From NCBI GenBank assembly GCA_003614675.1, contig ML002312.1, positions 1 through 43,292 of the forward strand: a DNA stretch of 43,292 nucleotides, in the 5' to 3' direction. Below, piece by piece: positions 1 to 15,231 of this stretch (the first letter of the stretch is position 1; each line of letters opens with the position of its first letter). Both the position numbers and the translations under genes were made by a program. The notes under the pieces were generated by a model. The model had not been told where the DNA came from, ran no database searches, and saw only the letters and a list, made by a program, of their open reading frames with translations. This DNA comes from Dimargaris cristalligena (taxonomy: Eukaryota).

Positions 1-3340
<3,340 letters not shown>

Positions 3341-4052
3341 GGGGACGGGTAGGTAGCTTGGCTGGTCGGAGGACCGGAGCGGGGGTTGGTTAACAATGCA
3401 AAAGGAGTGGATGGGGAAAGGGACAAACAAGAGGGGATAGTACTAGGAGATGGGCCGGAAAAGAAGGGGTGACCAAAGGCCGCTAGGACCAGTAAACCAC
3501 GCGGACGGACAAGTAAACTAGGGAGGCACTAGACAGCGAGATGCACGGTAGGGGTATCGACGGGTGTGGTGAAAAGGGGAGGCGGGACTGTGAAAGGTGC
3601 AATAGCAGGGCGACCCGTTGACGGGGTGGGTAGCCACCAGGCCCAGCAGACTAAGAGTAGGAGGGGAGGGGACGAATACCTGGACGATGAAGTCGTTCGA
3701 AAAAGAAGAAGAAGGGGGAGAACCAGAACGAGGTTACGGCGGACGTGAGGATGCGGCCGGGAGAAGGGTGGGCAGCGGGTTTGGACGGGGGAGGAAGAGG
3801 CCCAGTGAGTGAGACTTGTGCACCAGCGTACGGATAGAGAGAGGAGAGGGGAGAGAAGTCGAGGATGAAGAGAATGCAGCCGACAGAGAGGCTAGCAGGT
3901 GACGCTGGGGAAGAAGAATATTTGAATATACCCTAAACAACAGCGAGGTGAATAAGGTCAGACGATCGGGGCGTGAAGTGCGGGGGATGAAAAAACGAAT
4001 TACGACGCTGCCCACCAACACTCAGCTTAGCCGGGGATGGGAGGTAAGGCAC

Positions 4053-4096
4053 GAACGAATGAATGAATGAACGAACGAACTAACGAACTAACGAAT
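4053..4096 (+). repeat. (GAAT/GAAC/CTAAC)n low-complexity microsatellite upstream of YAK1
   Basis: gaacgaatgaatgaatgaacgaacgaactaacgaactaacgaat seen directly. Confidence 0.7.
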
Positions 4097-4542
4097 AGAC
4101 GACAGAATGTGGAGGAAAAGAAAGTGAGCCTGGGTTATTTGAGCGAGTAACTTTGACGTGTGCTAAGTACAGCAGGGCGGCTAAATCAACGGCTCAAATA
4201 GGCAGCGGCCCTTTCTCGCCAGTGCATATAACATACTACTCTACTTAACTAAAAGATGTGCTCTCTTCTCTCATCAGTGGGCGTCGTCAGTTGTGTGTAT
4301 GCATGCATTTCCCCTCTTTTCTCGCCAACGTTGTTGCGCCATTCCCCATGGCCGCGGACTGGCATATATATATAGAGAGAGAGGCGCATATACCGTAGGT
4401 GACTGGTTGTTGCCCTGTAGATTAGCTAGCCAGCTCTACTCCCCCCCTTCTTGCCGTGTATGCGCTCCGTTTCCCCTGGCCACCACCACCACTAGCTAAC
4501 GAGCTGCCTACTCGCATTCACTCTTTCCCGCCCTATTATCTA

Positions 4543-4573
<31 letters not shown>

Positions 4574-4715
4574 CTCCCTATCTCTTTCTCTCCTTCCCTT
4601 TTCCCTCCCCAACCCGACTGACTACTACCGCCCTATTTCGGCTTTTGGCGTATCCATTTATTAATACCCCGGCTACGCTTCACCTCATTTCCAGCCCCCT
4701 CCTTTTCTAGTCACC

Positions 4716-7700
4716 ATGCTTCGACTAGGCTTCACTCGACCCCCCGCTCTTCGCCGCTCTTTACTACCCTTCCGTACCACTATGCAGCCGCAGCGTTGGG
4801 CAACCTCCGACTCGCAGTCACAAAGTGACCCCCCAGCGACCCATCCCGTGCTAGAGTCCTTTCTCACCTTTATTCGTAACCAACACCAACTGACCGACCG
4901 CCGTCATTCGGCCCTCGACGACAAGGCCGACTGGAAGCGCATATCCTCCTATCAGGTCGAACCTGGTAAGTCCTGTCACCGCCGACTGCTAACCATTGAT
5001 ACTGGTCTATGTCTTAAAACCCCGTCCCCATCGAAGCCCGCCCCTTTTTGGCAGTCTTCCCTGCTTTAAGCTATTTACTGAACCTGTGCCTCCTCCGCTT
5101 TGATTTGCCAGCCTTCTTTTCCTACAATCAATTGCGCGAGGAAGTGCCCCTCGATAATCCCAATGTCATTCGCCAGATCCTAGCCAAAACCATGGTTCCC
5201 CAGATGTCCCAGGGTGATCTAATGCCCATGGCCATAACCAAGAGTTGCTGCGAACTGTACGAGACGCTTGATGAAGTAGGTATCCCACCCAAGCAACCGT
5301 TTCTTCCCCAAGGAAGTGGGTTTCCACTTATAATGGTTCTACCCCTCCCACGGGCAACCCCCGCTTAATCGCCTGCATACTTGGATCTATTCTAATACAG
5401 TTTTACATTGCTTGAATACCACCCCCGCCATCGTTCGCACCAGGCCGGCAAATCGGTCTTTTTACAAACCCTCGCCCGGGATTTCGGTAAATACCAAGGT
5501 TCCCATTATATACCCCCTAATTAACCCACGGGCCCTTTTGATGGGCAGCCACATGGGCCCGCATCGCCACTTTATTAAGGCACCGGCATCACTAACCTGG
5601 AACGACTATATTTTTCTCTACTGCTACCACCCATCCCCTTTGGGGACTAAGGCGTTTCGGCTAAGGATGCTCAAGCTAAGGCCCGGGAATTCATCAAAGC
5701 TTCTGCTACCGGCTCAGACGCCTCCGTACCAGGCCAATTGCTTGTAAATACGGAAATGGCACTGCGGAACGCGCTCACTCCGGCCTACGATTTGTTTTTT
5801 CATCGGGCTAGTCGATGCGCTGGGGGAATCAAGTTCATCATCGACCTTCGCCATCTGTTGCTGGTAGGTGTGCACTCGTTCTTGGGTTAACCTCTCCAAT
5901 CTCCCGGATTACTTATCCAGCCAATACTCGGCCACCAAAGCTATAATTTCTAACCTCACACCGTACGTACCGCCGGTATCCCTCATACAGAAATTAGTCG
6001 CCCAAAACCGGAGTGATCACGATATTGTGGCACTTAACCGCTACCTGAGAGACAAATTGCAGAACTGGCTGGTCGGTGTCTTGGACCTTCAGCGAATTAC
6101 ATGGAACTCGCCCGCATCGACCCTGGAAAAGGTAATTAGGGGCTGGTGATTCAGCGGGGCCTTATCGACTTACCCCTACTTTTTATACCCACCCTGTACT
6201 GGCGTCGGATTGTAAAAACAGCGATGGACCGTGATGCGCTGCTTGATTTAACCTGATGGTATCTATGACTATATATATATATATCTGTGTGTGTGCGTGT
6301 GTGTATGCGTATTCATTCGGCGGGTCATTTCGTTTCCCCAATTCTTCAGCTTAGCAACTACGAGGCGGTGCATGCTATTTCCGGCTGGGATGACCTGAAA
6401 AAGTAAGACCCCGTCATTTCACCTACTCGGAATATACCATTTTATGGGCTACCTCACTCTACCTGTAGCATCTTTTTATAGCCCTCCTTGACCAGTGTTT
6501 TTATTATTGAACCCCCAACCATATACAATCGCTTGGAATTATTTGCTACCGCCATGCCTAATCCGAACTGTTATAGACGCGTCGGTCCCGGTCGCCGATG
6601 CTATGGCTTCTTTCACCACAGTATGCCCTACGAGCCTCTGGTGTTTGTGCAGGTAAGTAACACATGGCCTTGTCGCGCTTGGGTACACCCTTAGCCTACG
6701 GGACCAATTCCCGTAATAATCTGCCAAACTAGCATTAAGATGGACCATGTTGTGTCCCCCCTAGGCGGTGGCCACTATTACACGACAATTCGGTTCTCAA
6801 GCCGCTGCTCAATCTACTTGCCTGGTTCTTCGCCCCTGTTTCCAGATCGCCTTGGTGGATAAAATTTCAAACAATATACAGGCAAGTATATATCCCTTGA
6901 CATTGACAAATCCATCTATATACCCCCGGTAGACACTCTCTAATTGACTTGGTCGTTCGTGGCCCTTATTATCCCGTAACCCATTTGGGTTATCCACCTA
7001 CCCGTATTAACCCTTTAATACGACCGAATGCACACGAAACAGAACATTTTACACGATCCCAAACCCCAACTGCTCACCGTTGATGACGCCAGATGTGCCA
7101 TTTTCTATTCCATTACATCCCAACGCGGTAAGTATTCCCCACCTGCCTGTCCCCTGCATCTGAACATATACCGGGTCACTTGGTACCCTACTGGTCATTG
7201 GAATCCCACTACCCTGCTACCCTGGTATCGCTAATGCCATTCCTTTCAACCATCCCCACCTTCATTGCCCTGAACCCATGCACACTCTGTAGGTTTAGCC
7301 GGGGTTGAGCTGGGTAGCTTCCTGATCAAACGGGTGGTCGGTGAGCTTCAGACTGCTTACCCCAGCCTAGAGGTATTCTGCACTCTCTCCCCGATCCCGG
7401 GTTTTCGCTCCTGGCTCCTGGGTCAATTCGGGTCCGCTGAACTGGATGTTGACTCAGACGCGGTACCTGGAGAGATCGAGAGCGACAGTAAACCGGTGGC
7501 GACGCCCAGCCACCCCGCATCGGCCCTTAAGAACCCCGCCATTATCAGTTTACAGGATCGCAAACGTCTGGAGCAACTAGGGCGCCGTATACCTGACACC
7601 TCGGATTCCTCGTGGATAGCCACATTCAAACAGCTGGTCAGTAGTTCCGAGTGGATGCATGACCCAGATAGCTACGAGGTGCTGCGGCCCATTCTCCTCC

Positions 7701-7975
7701 GGCTCTGTGCCGACTATCTGCTCTGCGCTAAGCGCGGCAAGTTTGCGCTCGATCCAGTCGCCAACTTCCACATTCGGAACGGGGCGCAGGTGCACCGTAT
7801 CAACTGGATGGGAGACACGTCGCCAAAGGGTATGAAGGAGTCGCTCGGCATGATGGTCAACTACAACTACATTTTGGCCAACGTCGAGCACAACAATTAC
7901 AATTACACCCGCAATGGAGTCATTGCCGTGTCCGATAGTGACCCGTGGCTTTCCCCATTCAAGGGGAAGCTCTAA
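4716..7975 (+). CDS. MLYCD: Malonyl-CoA decarboxylase
   Basis: Exons 4716-4965, 5112-5275, 5444-5486, 5652-5863, 5991-6131, 6350-6402, 6577-6652, 6846-6881, 7043-7127, 7293-7975 splice in frame. Motifs: GGIKFIIDLR, LQRITWNSPASTLEKL..YEAVHAISGWDDLK.R, RRCYGFFH..MP.EPLVFVQIAL, AIFYSITS..GLAGVELGSFLIKRVV, FCTLSPIPGF, LDPVANFHIRNGAQVHRINWMGDTS.KG..ES.GMMVNY.Y. Arg-rich N-terminus; C-terminus KGKL. Confidence 0.95.
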
Positions 7976-8753
7976 ACCCTCATCCAGTTAATACACGGAT
8001 AGCCGTCATTTTAGAGGGCTAGGATATATGCGAGGATGCCGGGCAGTAGGGCCGTGGCGGTCAAGCCAGCTGCCTCTAATCCCATTCGACTTTGTTTTTG
8101 GAAATTCCCCCCTAGAACCACATGGTTGTATTTAGGTGTAAATTAGTTATATATATATTTGAATAGTATTGCAGCGATCTGCTGAAAGTAAATAAACTGC
8201 TGTTGTGGTCCAGAAGCATTTTCCACCCACGACTTTCTTAATATTGCTTGAACTCTAGCTGTGTGTATTGGAAGATCACCTGACACAGCTGTAAGAGTGG
8301 ATTGCTGTTGCTGCTGCTGGTCTGGTTCAACTCCAAACCTAGTGTACTTTGCCCTCCATGGCTAAGGGCTCTAGGATCTTTTAATTTGAGAAGGCCTATG
8401 GTTGTGGAGACACCCATAAAAACGGTGCTATTAGGTGGCAGCCGACCTTCACATCCCCCCACCCCCATATACCAGTCAAAATAATGAGTGCCTTTTAATA
8501 CTGATGTATTTTCAATTTTTTGGGGGGGTTTTTGGAAAGGGTTGTCAAGAGAACGCCATTCTCCTCATTCTCGGGCTGTTGTTTCGCAGAAATTCAAGGC
8601 TCTCGATAATTAGCTCTTTTTTTCTCCCCCCCTTTTTTTGCCCCTGAAAAAACCAATAGAATTGAATTTTAGTCCCCTCTGCCCATCAAGTTCCCCCGAG
8701 TGCGCCCAATTACTAAAACACCCGTCCAGACAAGGGATTACAACTGCTTTACC

Positions 8754-11186
8754 ATGTCCCAGTCATTTGAAACCTTGTTGGCCTGGTTTGAGGCCAATGG
8801 CATATGGTGGGACACCAAGGCCATCGATATTGTCCAAGTTAGCGAGGAGGATGGCTCGGTCCAATCCGCCAACCAACTTCTCCATAACGATCCCAGCTCC
8901 GCTTCCAATCAGCCGTCTCCCATTCCGGACCAGCTTGTCAGTCCCGGAATGGGAATCGTCGCTCGGAAAGACCTTGAGTTAGACGACGTGGGTAGGTCCT
9001 ATTTCTGTATAATTCCTCGATATGATCCGTAAAAGACTGACATACAATATCCGTGAATCATTAGGGGCATCATGACGGCTTTCCCCGTTCCCTCACCGCC
9101 TATTTGGTTTATCTATACCATGTCACTGGGCGATTGCTTCTCAGAATCCCAGTTTACCTAACTATTTTCCCCGTTGGCCACTATCGCTTCTATTGATACA
9201 GTGGTTCGGATTCCCAAGTCGGCGGTACTGTCGGCAAAAAGTGGGGGCATTGCCAATATATTGGAAGATGAGGAATTAGGCGGCGGTATTGCCCTTACGT
9301 TGTCCACCATATTCGAAATGGCCCGCGGAATAGATTCCCCTTGGTACGGCTACCTCCAGTCGCTCCCCACCGTCACCTATATCCCCATTCTGTGGTCGGA
9401 CGAGGAGAAGGAGTGGCTGGCTGGCACCGACCTGGCTAAAGATATGGCGAGCGATCAGGTAAATCTCAGAGTAAATACCATGGTACCATGGCCACCCGCC
9501 CATTCGGCAGAGTGCCTACATCTCGAACCCCAGGAGGCCCTCCTCCCATGGGGAAGGGGCATTTCCCATTACTCACCAGCACCACTGGGCTATTTACCCG
9601 AATGATTTTGTATACCCCCCCTACTTACACCTATCAACTAGACCGAGTTAGACAAAGACTATCGCGAATTAGTCGCCCCCGTTTTGGGGAAATACCCCGA
9701 TATTTTTGCTCCGGCGGCGGCTTACACCTTTGAGCGATTCCTCCAGGTCACCTCCGTGGTCACTTCCCGGGCCTTCCAGGTGGATAACTACCATGGAGAT
9801 GCCCTGGTGCCATTTGCGGATATTTTTAACCACCGCACAGGTGGCGAGCATGTGCATATCGAGGCCCAGGGCGAGGTATGTGATGCCTGTGGGGAGCACA
9901 ATGGGTGCGAACACACCATGGACCAAAGCGAAGGGGAGGATGCCGAAGGAACCGGCGAGGAAGACGAGGGTGGACCAGAGGAGGAAGCCCCCGAATTGGA
10001 GGGAGCCGATGGCGGCTCTGATGCGGAGTCATTTGAGTCGGAGGACGAGGATGCCATGGACATGTGTGTATTTAGACCCGTGTCCCGCGGCAACGAGGTA
10101 TTCAACACATACGGAGAGCACGGGGCTTCGTATATCCTCCACCGGTACGGATTTGCGGAAGCGGACAACCCATTTGACTGTGTTACCCTCGAACTCGAAG
10201 TGGTGGCCCGCGTCTTGGCCCAACCAGCTCATGCGGTGCTCACCCACGGCCGTGGGGGAACGGCCGCCCAAGTATACCTTAAACTACACAGCGTGTTTCG
10301 GCTCAGCGAGCCGGTCACCGCCCATGTGGAGAGGTCCCGAGCCGAGCGGGATAGTACGCTCAACTACTTCCCCGTGACCTACAATGGAAGCGTGGACAAT
10401 CGCCTGTTGCTCGTGTTAACCCTACTGCTGCACACTGACGAGCAATTCAACATGCTAACCACGGACCCCAAAATGGCCAAGCGGTACTTTGTTGCGCTGC
10501 GGGGCCGACTGGACCAATTAGACAGTGGTACTTCGGCACCATCGACCAGAGCCCGAACCGAACAGCGAAAGTCCTCCAAGCTAAGCCGGGGTCGCCGGGG
10601 GGGCCTCGTGGGCTCGCGAGTGGAGGACCATGTAGTCCAACAAGCCAGTGAAATTGCCAAACGACATCCCGAGGTGCTACAGCGGGTCTTTTCGGTGGTG
10701 CTTGAACTCTTGGGCCAACGGATGGCACAGTACCCCGTCGACCCCATTTTAACAGCGGCCGCAGAGGTAAATCATCTTTGTGGCGAACCTAACCCTAACA
10801 GACGGTATTGACCACACTAGCGATGGAGAGGAGGGCCATGCAGTTGGACTAGCCAGTCACATCAATTCCGGTTCCTTTGTGTTTCGCTAATCAATGGAAA
10901 GCCCCATTTTTATATCGGGGCCTCCTACCCCCCCCCCTCCAGCTATCGACATGGAATACTAACACTGACTAATATCTCGCGTGTACTCTACATTTTTACC
11001 AATATGTTCCACACATGGCTCATCGATCGACCCAACCTGCGATAGACGAAGTCCGCCCAATCACAGCAGTGCTACAACCATTGCCGGACTCTCCGTCACA
11101 ATGAAATGGCCATCCTTGGGCGTGCCCAACAACGATATGGTCGATATTTGGTCGAGCTGACTAGTGGACGATCCCTGCCACTTTAA
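8754..11186 (+). CDS. SET-domain lysine methyltransferase (SETD6/Rkm3-4, Rubisco-LSMT-like class)
   Basis: Exons 8754-8991, 9202-9458, 9642-10766, 11046-11186 in frame with GT-AG boundaries. Motifs: LLAWFEANG, GMGIVARKDL, RIPKSAVLS, SPWYGYLQSLP, WSDEEKEWLAGT, VTSRAFQVD, LVPFADIFNH, GNEVFNTYGE, LHRYGF. Confidence 0.9.
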
Positions 11187-12239
11187 CCCTAAAGCCACAT
11201 GCACCCCCCCTCTCGTGCTTGACAATCCCTACTGACTCCCCTCTGATAACGGTCGAATTGGGGCTATACCCCACCCCACCCCACCCCCTCCCCCCAACCC
11301 TATAACCTTCCCTTGTTTGTTACCAATGAGCGTGTTCCCTCCTTTCTATACACATGCCCCCTCTCTCAAACCTAACCTAACAACCGAATAAAGGGAATAT
11401 TTTTGGTAGGCGACGCTATTAGGCAGTTTTGCAAGAACAGGCATTAGCCACCCCCCCTTCCCCATTAAACCGACTTTGGTATAGGCAATGCTAAGCGATT
11501 AATTTCAATCCTAGGCAGCAATGCAGTCACAGGTGAACAGCGGCCTACTAAGACTGTGGGGATAGCAGTGGGAGGTGGTGAGTAGAGGGTAATTTGCGGA
11601 AAGGGGGTGTTTCCAAGGGGAGAGGAAGTGCCTCCTCTACTATACTATATATTACTACTGCCACTACCTGCCGAATATTCCGGTGCAGGGCGCCTAGGGA
11701 TAAGTATAAGTGCGGGGGATGGAATGATAGGCGACTTACACGAACGGGCCAGGCGGTATGTCGAGAGGTTCGCAGTAGTACGGCTGCTTCACGCACCACC
11801 ACCCCCCTCCGACTAATGTTACGGAGGGTCCCCTTTCCAGGTCTCTAGCCTAGCCGAACCCTTGGGAAGGCCTCCGTCACATTAACAGCTTGAGGAACTT
11901 TTCTCTCTCATTCTCAGCATATAGACACAACTATTACTTGACCAAACCTCCTCGGCACATGCAAACTCCCCCATACATACCTCTTCTCTTCTCCTTTTCT
12001 TCCGCACTAGGTTCCTTCCTTCTTTACTTCCCTTCTTCCATCATCTACCTGACACTTCCATCCGTACTACCGCCAGTGGGGTTGTTAACTCCCATTCCGT
12101 ACCTCTTCCTTAACCCCGCTTTACCAGGCGTAAATACCCCCCTCCCCCAAGCCGCCTTTTTTTCAGACATTCACCAGGTCACCTATTGGATTCCCCTCCC
12201 CTCTCTCTCTATCTCTTGACATCCTATATATACGGCAGG

Positions 12240-12860
12240 ATGAGCCAGTTACCCATGCACCGGATAGTGATGGTTGGAACGGGGGGTGTGGGTAAATCGG
12301 CACTCACAGTCAAGTTTATCTCGGGCGACTTTGTGCAGGAATACGATCCGACCAAAGCTGATTCATACTCGAGACAAGTACAACTGGACGACGGACCGTG
12401 CCTTGTGGATATCCTGGATACGGCCGGCCAGGAGGAATATTCAGCCATTCAGGACAACTTCTACCGCGGGCGCGACGGGTTTATGCTGGTCTTTTCTCTG
12501 TGCGAGTACGAGTCATTTCAGTTCATGCACGAGCTCCGGGAACGAATTCTTCGAGTGGTGGATACTATAGCCGATGTACCCATGGTGCTGGTGGGCAACA
12601 AATACGACCTGGCGACCCGCAACTACCGGCAAGTGTCGATTGAGGAGGCTCAGGAGCTGGCGCTAAGCTGGAATGCCATGTACGTTGAAACGAGCGCCAA
12701 GACGGGAGAGAATGTGGAAACGGCTTACAAAGAGTTACTCCGCCTTATTAGCCGGCGGAAGCTCCGGGAAAACCTCTCCAACAAGCAGAAGCAGGCCATG
12801 GCGCTCAGCAATGGGCAGCACGGAGCCGGCAAAAAGGATAAATCATGTTCGATAATGTGA
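12240..12860 (+). CDS. RAL: Ras-family small GTPase of the Ral subfamily (206 aa)
   Basis: G1 GTGGVGKSA, switch I YDPTKADSY (Ral-type; Ras is YDPTIEDSY), DILDTAGQEEY, LVGNKYD, ETSAK, basic tail and CAAX box CSIM. CDS is intronless; ATG at 12240. Confidence 0.9.
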   Translation: MSQLPMHRIVMVGTGGVGKSALTVKFISGDFVQEYDPTKADSYSRQVQLDDGPCLVDILDTAGQEEYSAIQDNFYRGRDGFMLVFSLCEYESFQFMHELRERILRVVDTIADVPMVLVGNKYDLATRNYRQVSIEEAQELALSWNAMYVETSAKTGENVETAYKELLRLISRRKLRENLSNKQKQAMALSNGQHGAGKKDKSCSIM

Positions 12861-12892
12861 GCTATAAATACATCTACCTACTTTTTTATCAA

Positions 12893-12960
12893 TCTATATC
12901 TATATCTATATCCATATATATATGTGTGTGTGTGTGTGTGTGGGTGTGCGTGTGGGTGCG
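12893..12960 (+). repeat. (TCTATA)n/(TA)n/(TG)n compound microsatellite in the Ral 3' region
   Basis: Seen directly. Confidence 0.75.
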
Positions 12961-14910
12961 CGCTTGCCTGTGTTCCATGAGACTTATCACCGTGTGGAAC
13001 TAACTGCAGGGCTAAGTAGTTGTTCTCAAGCAAAGATACTTTGGTCAAGTATTTCTTTTAGTATTAGCTGTCTTACATATATAAATTTATATTACAAATA
13101 TATATATATATATATATATATAAGCTACACACGACGTATTTCGCAATCAAACACCGATGGTGGTGCTGAGTTAGGGTTAAGCACAGATTCGCTTGTGAGA
13201 CAAATACTCTCTAGTGAGGTGAATTGATTTAATTATAGATACAATGGACGCCAGCTGAATTGAATGAGAATCGCCAAGGAACCTAACCAATTCAAAGGGC
13301 AAGTTAACCAATATCTTTGGGTGGTTCCACCGGGAAATGTGAAGAAACGCGGAATGAAGGAGGCGGTTAGTGGAAGATCCCTAATTACAATACGGTGGGA
13401 AAGGGATCAACAATACATCTCTCCCAGACCCACCCCCCTCGGCGATGGTGGTTTAGCTGGGGTTTGTAGATGCGAAGGCGAAGGCCAATTCATTTTAAGG
13501 CAGCCGCTGGGGGCGACGAACGGTGACGAAATTGACTGGCTTTCTAACAGTGCCGTAGGAAGAGAGGAGGGGGATTGACCATAATGGGCTGCACAGTCAG
13601 TGAAACAAACTGGTGAGAAATGGGTCGGCTATCCCCGTCCTATGGAGTGTAGATTCGTTCTCTGGCATGGGATGTTGTAAACAACAGGGATGCTCTGAGC
13701 GGCCGTGGCGTCAGCAGCTGTGATGGTAAGTTCCGCCAGCTTCGGAATGGCGTGAGTTTCCGGTAAATGGGAAACTTAGAAGTCTTTTCAACCCCCTCCT
13801 CCATTGCATCCGTATCATTAGTATTATTCGGGCAGACGGACGGTAGGCGGGTGTGAGCGAAACCAGATGATCTGCCGAGTCCGGGCCAAGTGGAAAGACT
13901 GGAAGAGGCGGATTAGGAAGACCAGGAAATAATGGTTCGGCCTAATTAGCCTAGGGGGGGGTGTTACAATCAATCACCCAAGCGGGGGCCAGATGGCGTA
14001 GAATAGAAGGGGCTTTATGTTGGGTAATGTAGGGTCAACACAGTCCGCGGTTAAAAGCACGTCGAATGCCAACGCCCTGGCATTAAAAGCAGGCGTAGAG
14101 GATTTCTACGGAAGGTTAGGTCATTGGGCGCCATGACGTGTAATAATAGATTCCAAAACGTATAGAAAACTACCCTTGGCCTGTCTTCCAACATTCCCAC
14201 TGTGGACTTGCCGGCCCGAGTGAGCCATGGGAGTGAGCACCGCCTGCGACTGACTCCATCCTACACAGGGGGGGGATATTGCCATACTGGGCTGGGCTAC
14301 CGAAAAGGAGGGTGCCACGGAAAACTAGGTTAACCCTACCTACGCGCATCGGTGGGGCTTTTGCCAGCATCGGGGATGGTATGCGATTCTTATAAAGGTA
14401 GAATGCGGCTTTGGGGCATGCAGATTCCAGTGGGTTGGCGTAAACGTAGCACATCATATTTGGGGAAAGTTGTGTTGTCGGGAGGGTTATAGTTTATCGG
14501 CCCATGTGCAGTGCACCCAACTAATTCAACGACAGGCGGGCAAGAGCTGGTCGAGATTAGGTGTGGTTTTAGAGTTGGGCCAGAGTCGTCCGCCGTCAAT
14601 ACAGCTACAACCATGGTTGGTTCGGAGGACAAAGGTCTACAGGATGGGTGGTGGGACCATCATACTGGGGGGGACGTAGTGCTAAAAGAGGGTAAGTAAG
14701 TTGGAAAAAGGATGGGTGGTAAGGATGGGGTGGTTGTACAAACCAAATGGGGGAGGGCAATCGAAAGAGGGTAAAGGGGGGAGGGAGTTTATGCCGTGGG
14801 TTAAAACGGGGTACTGCCCCATTATGGATGTGAACGTAGGTCACACAAGTGAACGAGGGAGTAACTTAGCCCTACATGCGCATATACTGTTCGATCCTGG
14901 TCCTTACTCC

Positions 14911-14918
14911 TATTTAAA
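14911..14918 (+). promoter_or_regulatory. Probable TATA-like box of the bZIP gene
   Basis: TATTTAAA followed by a pyrimidine-rich, ATG-free leader of about 300 nt before the ATG at 15232. Confidence 0.45.
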
Positions 14919-15159
14919 CCCACTCGCGCCCTCTCCCAATTTCCCCCCATCTGCCTGCTCCGCCATCCACCGCCATCCCGACACCACTACTCCCTCGTGC
15001 TTATATACCTTTCCTCTCCCTCACTCCCCTTTCTTTCTCTCTCTCTCTCTCCCTATCTCTTTCTGTCACCTACCACTGTGATTTTCCCCAAGTTTATCTC
15101 GGTGGCTCCTTCTATCGACTTGCTTTCGCACGTTTTGCTACTAAACTTGCCCCCTATTT

Positions 15160-15197
<38 letters not shown>

Positions 15198-15198
15198 T
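15160..15198 (+). repeat. (TAGA)n tetranucleotide microsatellite in the bZIP 5' leader
   Basis: About 9 perfect AGAT units. Confidence 0.9.
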
Positions 15199-15231
15199 AT
15201 TACAAAAACCCCTTTCCGTTTCCTTATAACC

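Noticed and set aside
8140-8470. Possible minus-strand exon with a short poly-Q between MLYCD and the SET gene
   Set aside because: No convincing start exon or recognisable motif
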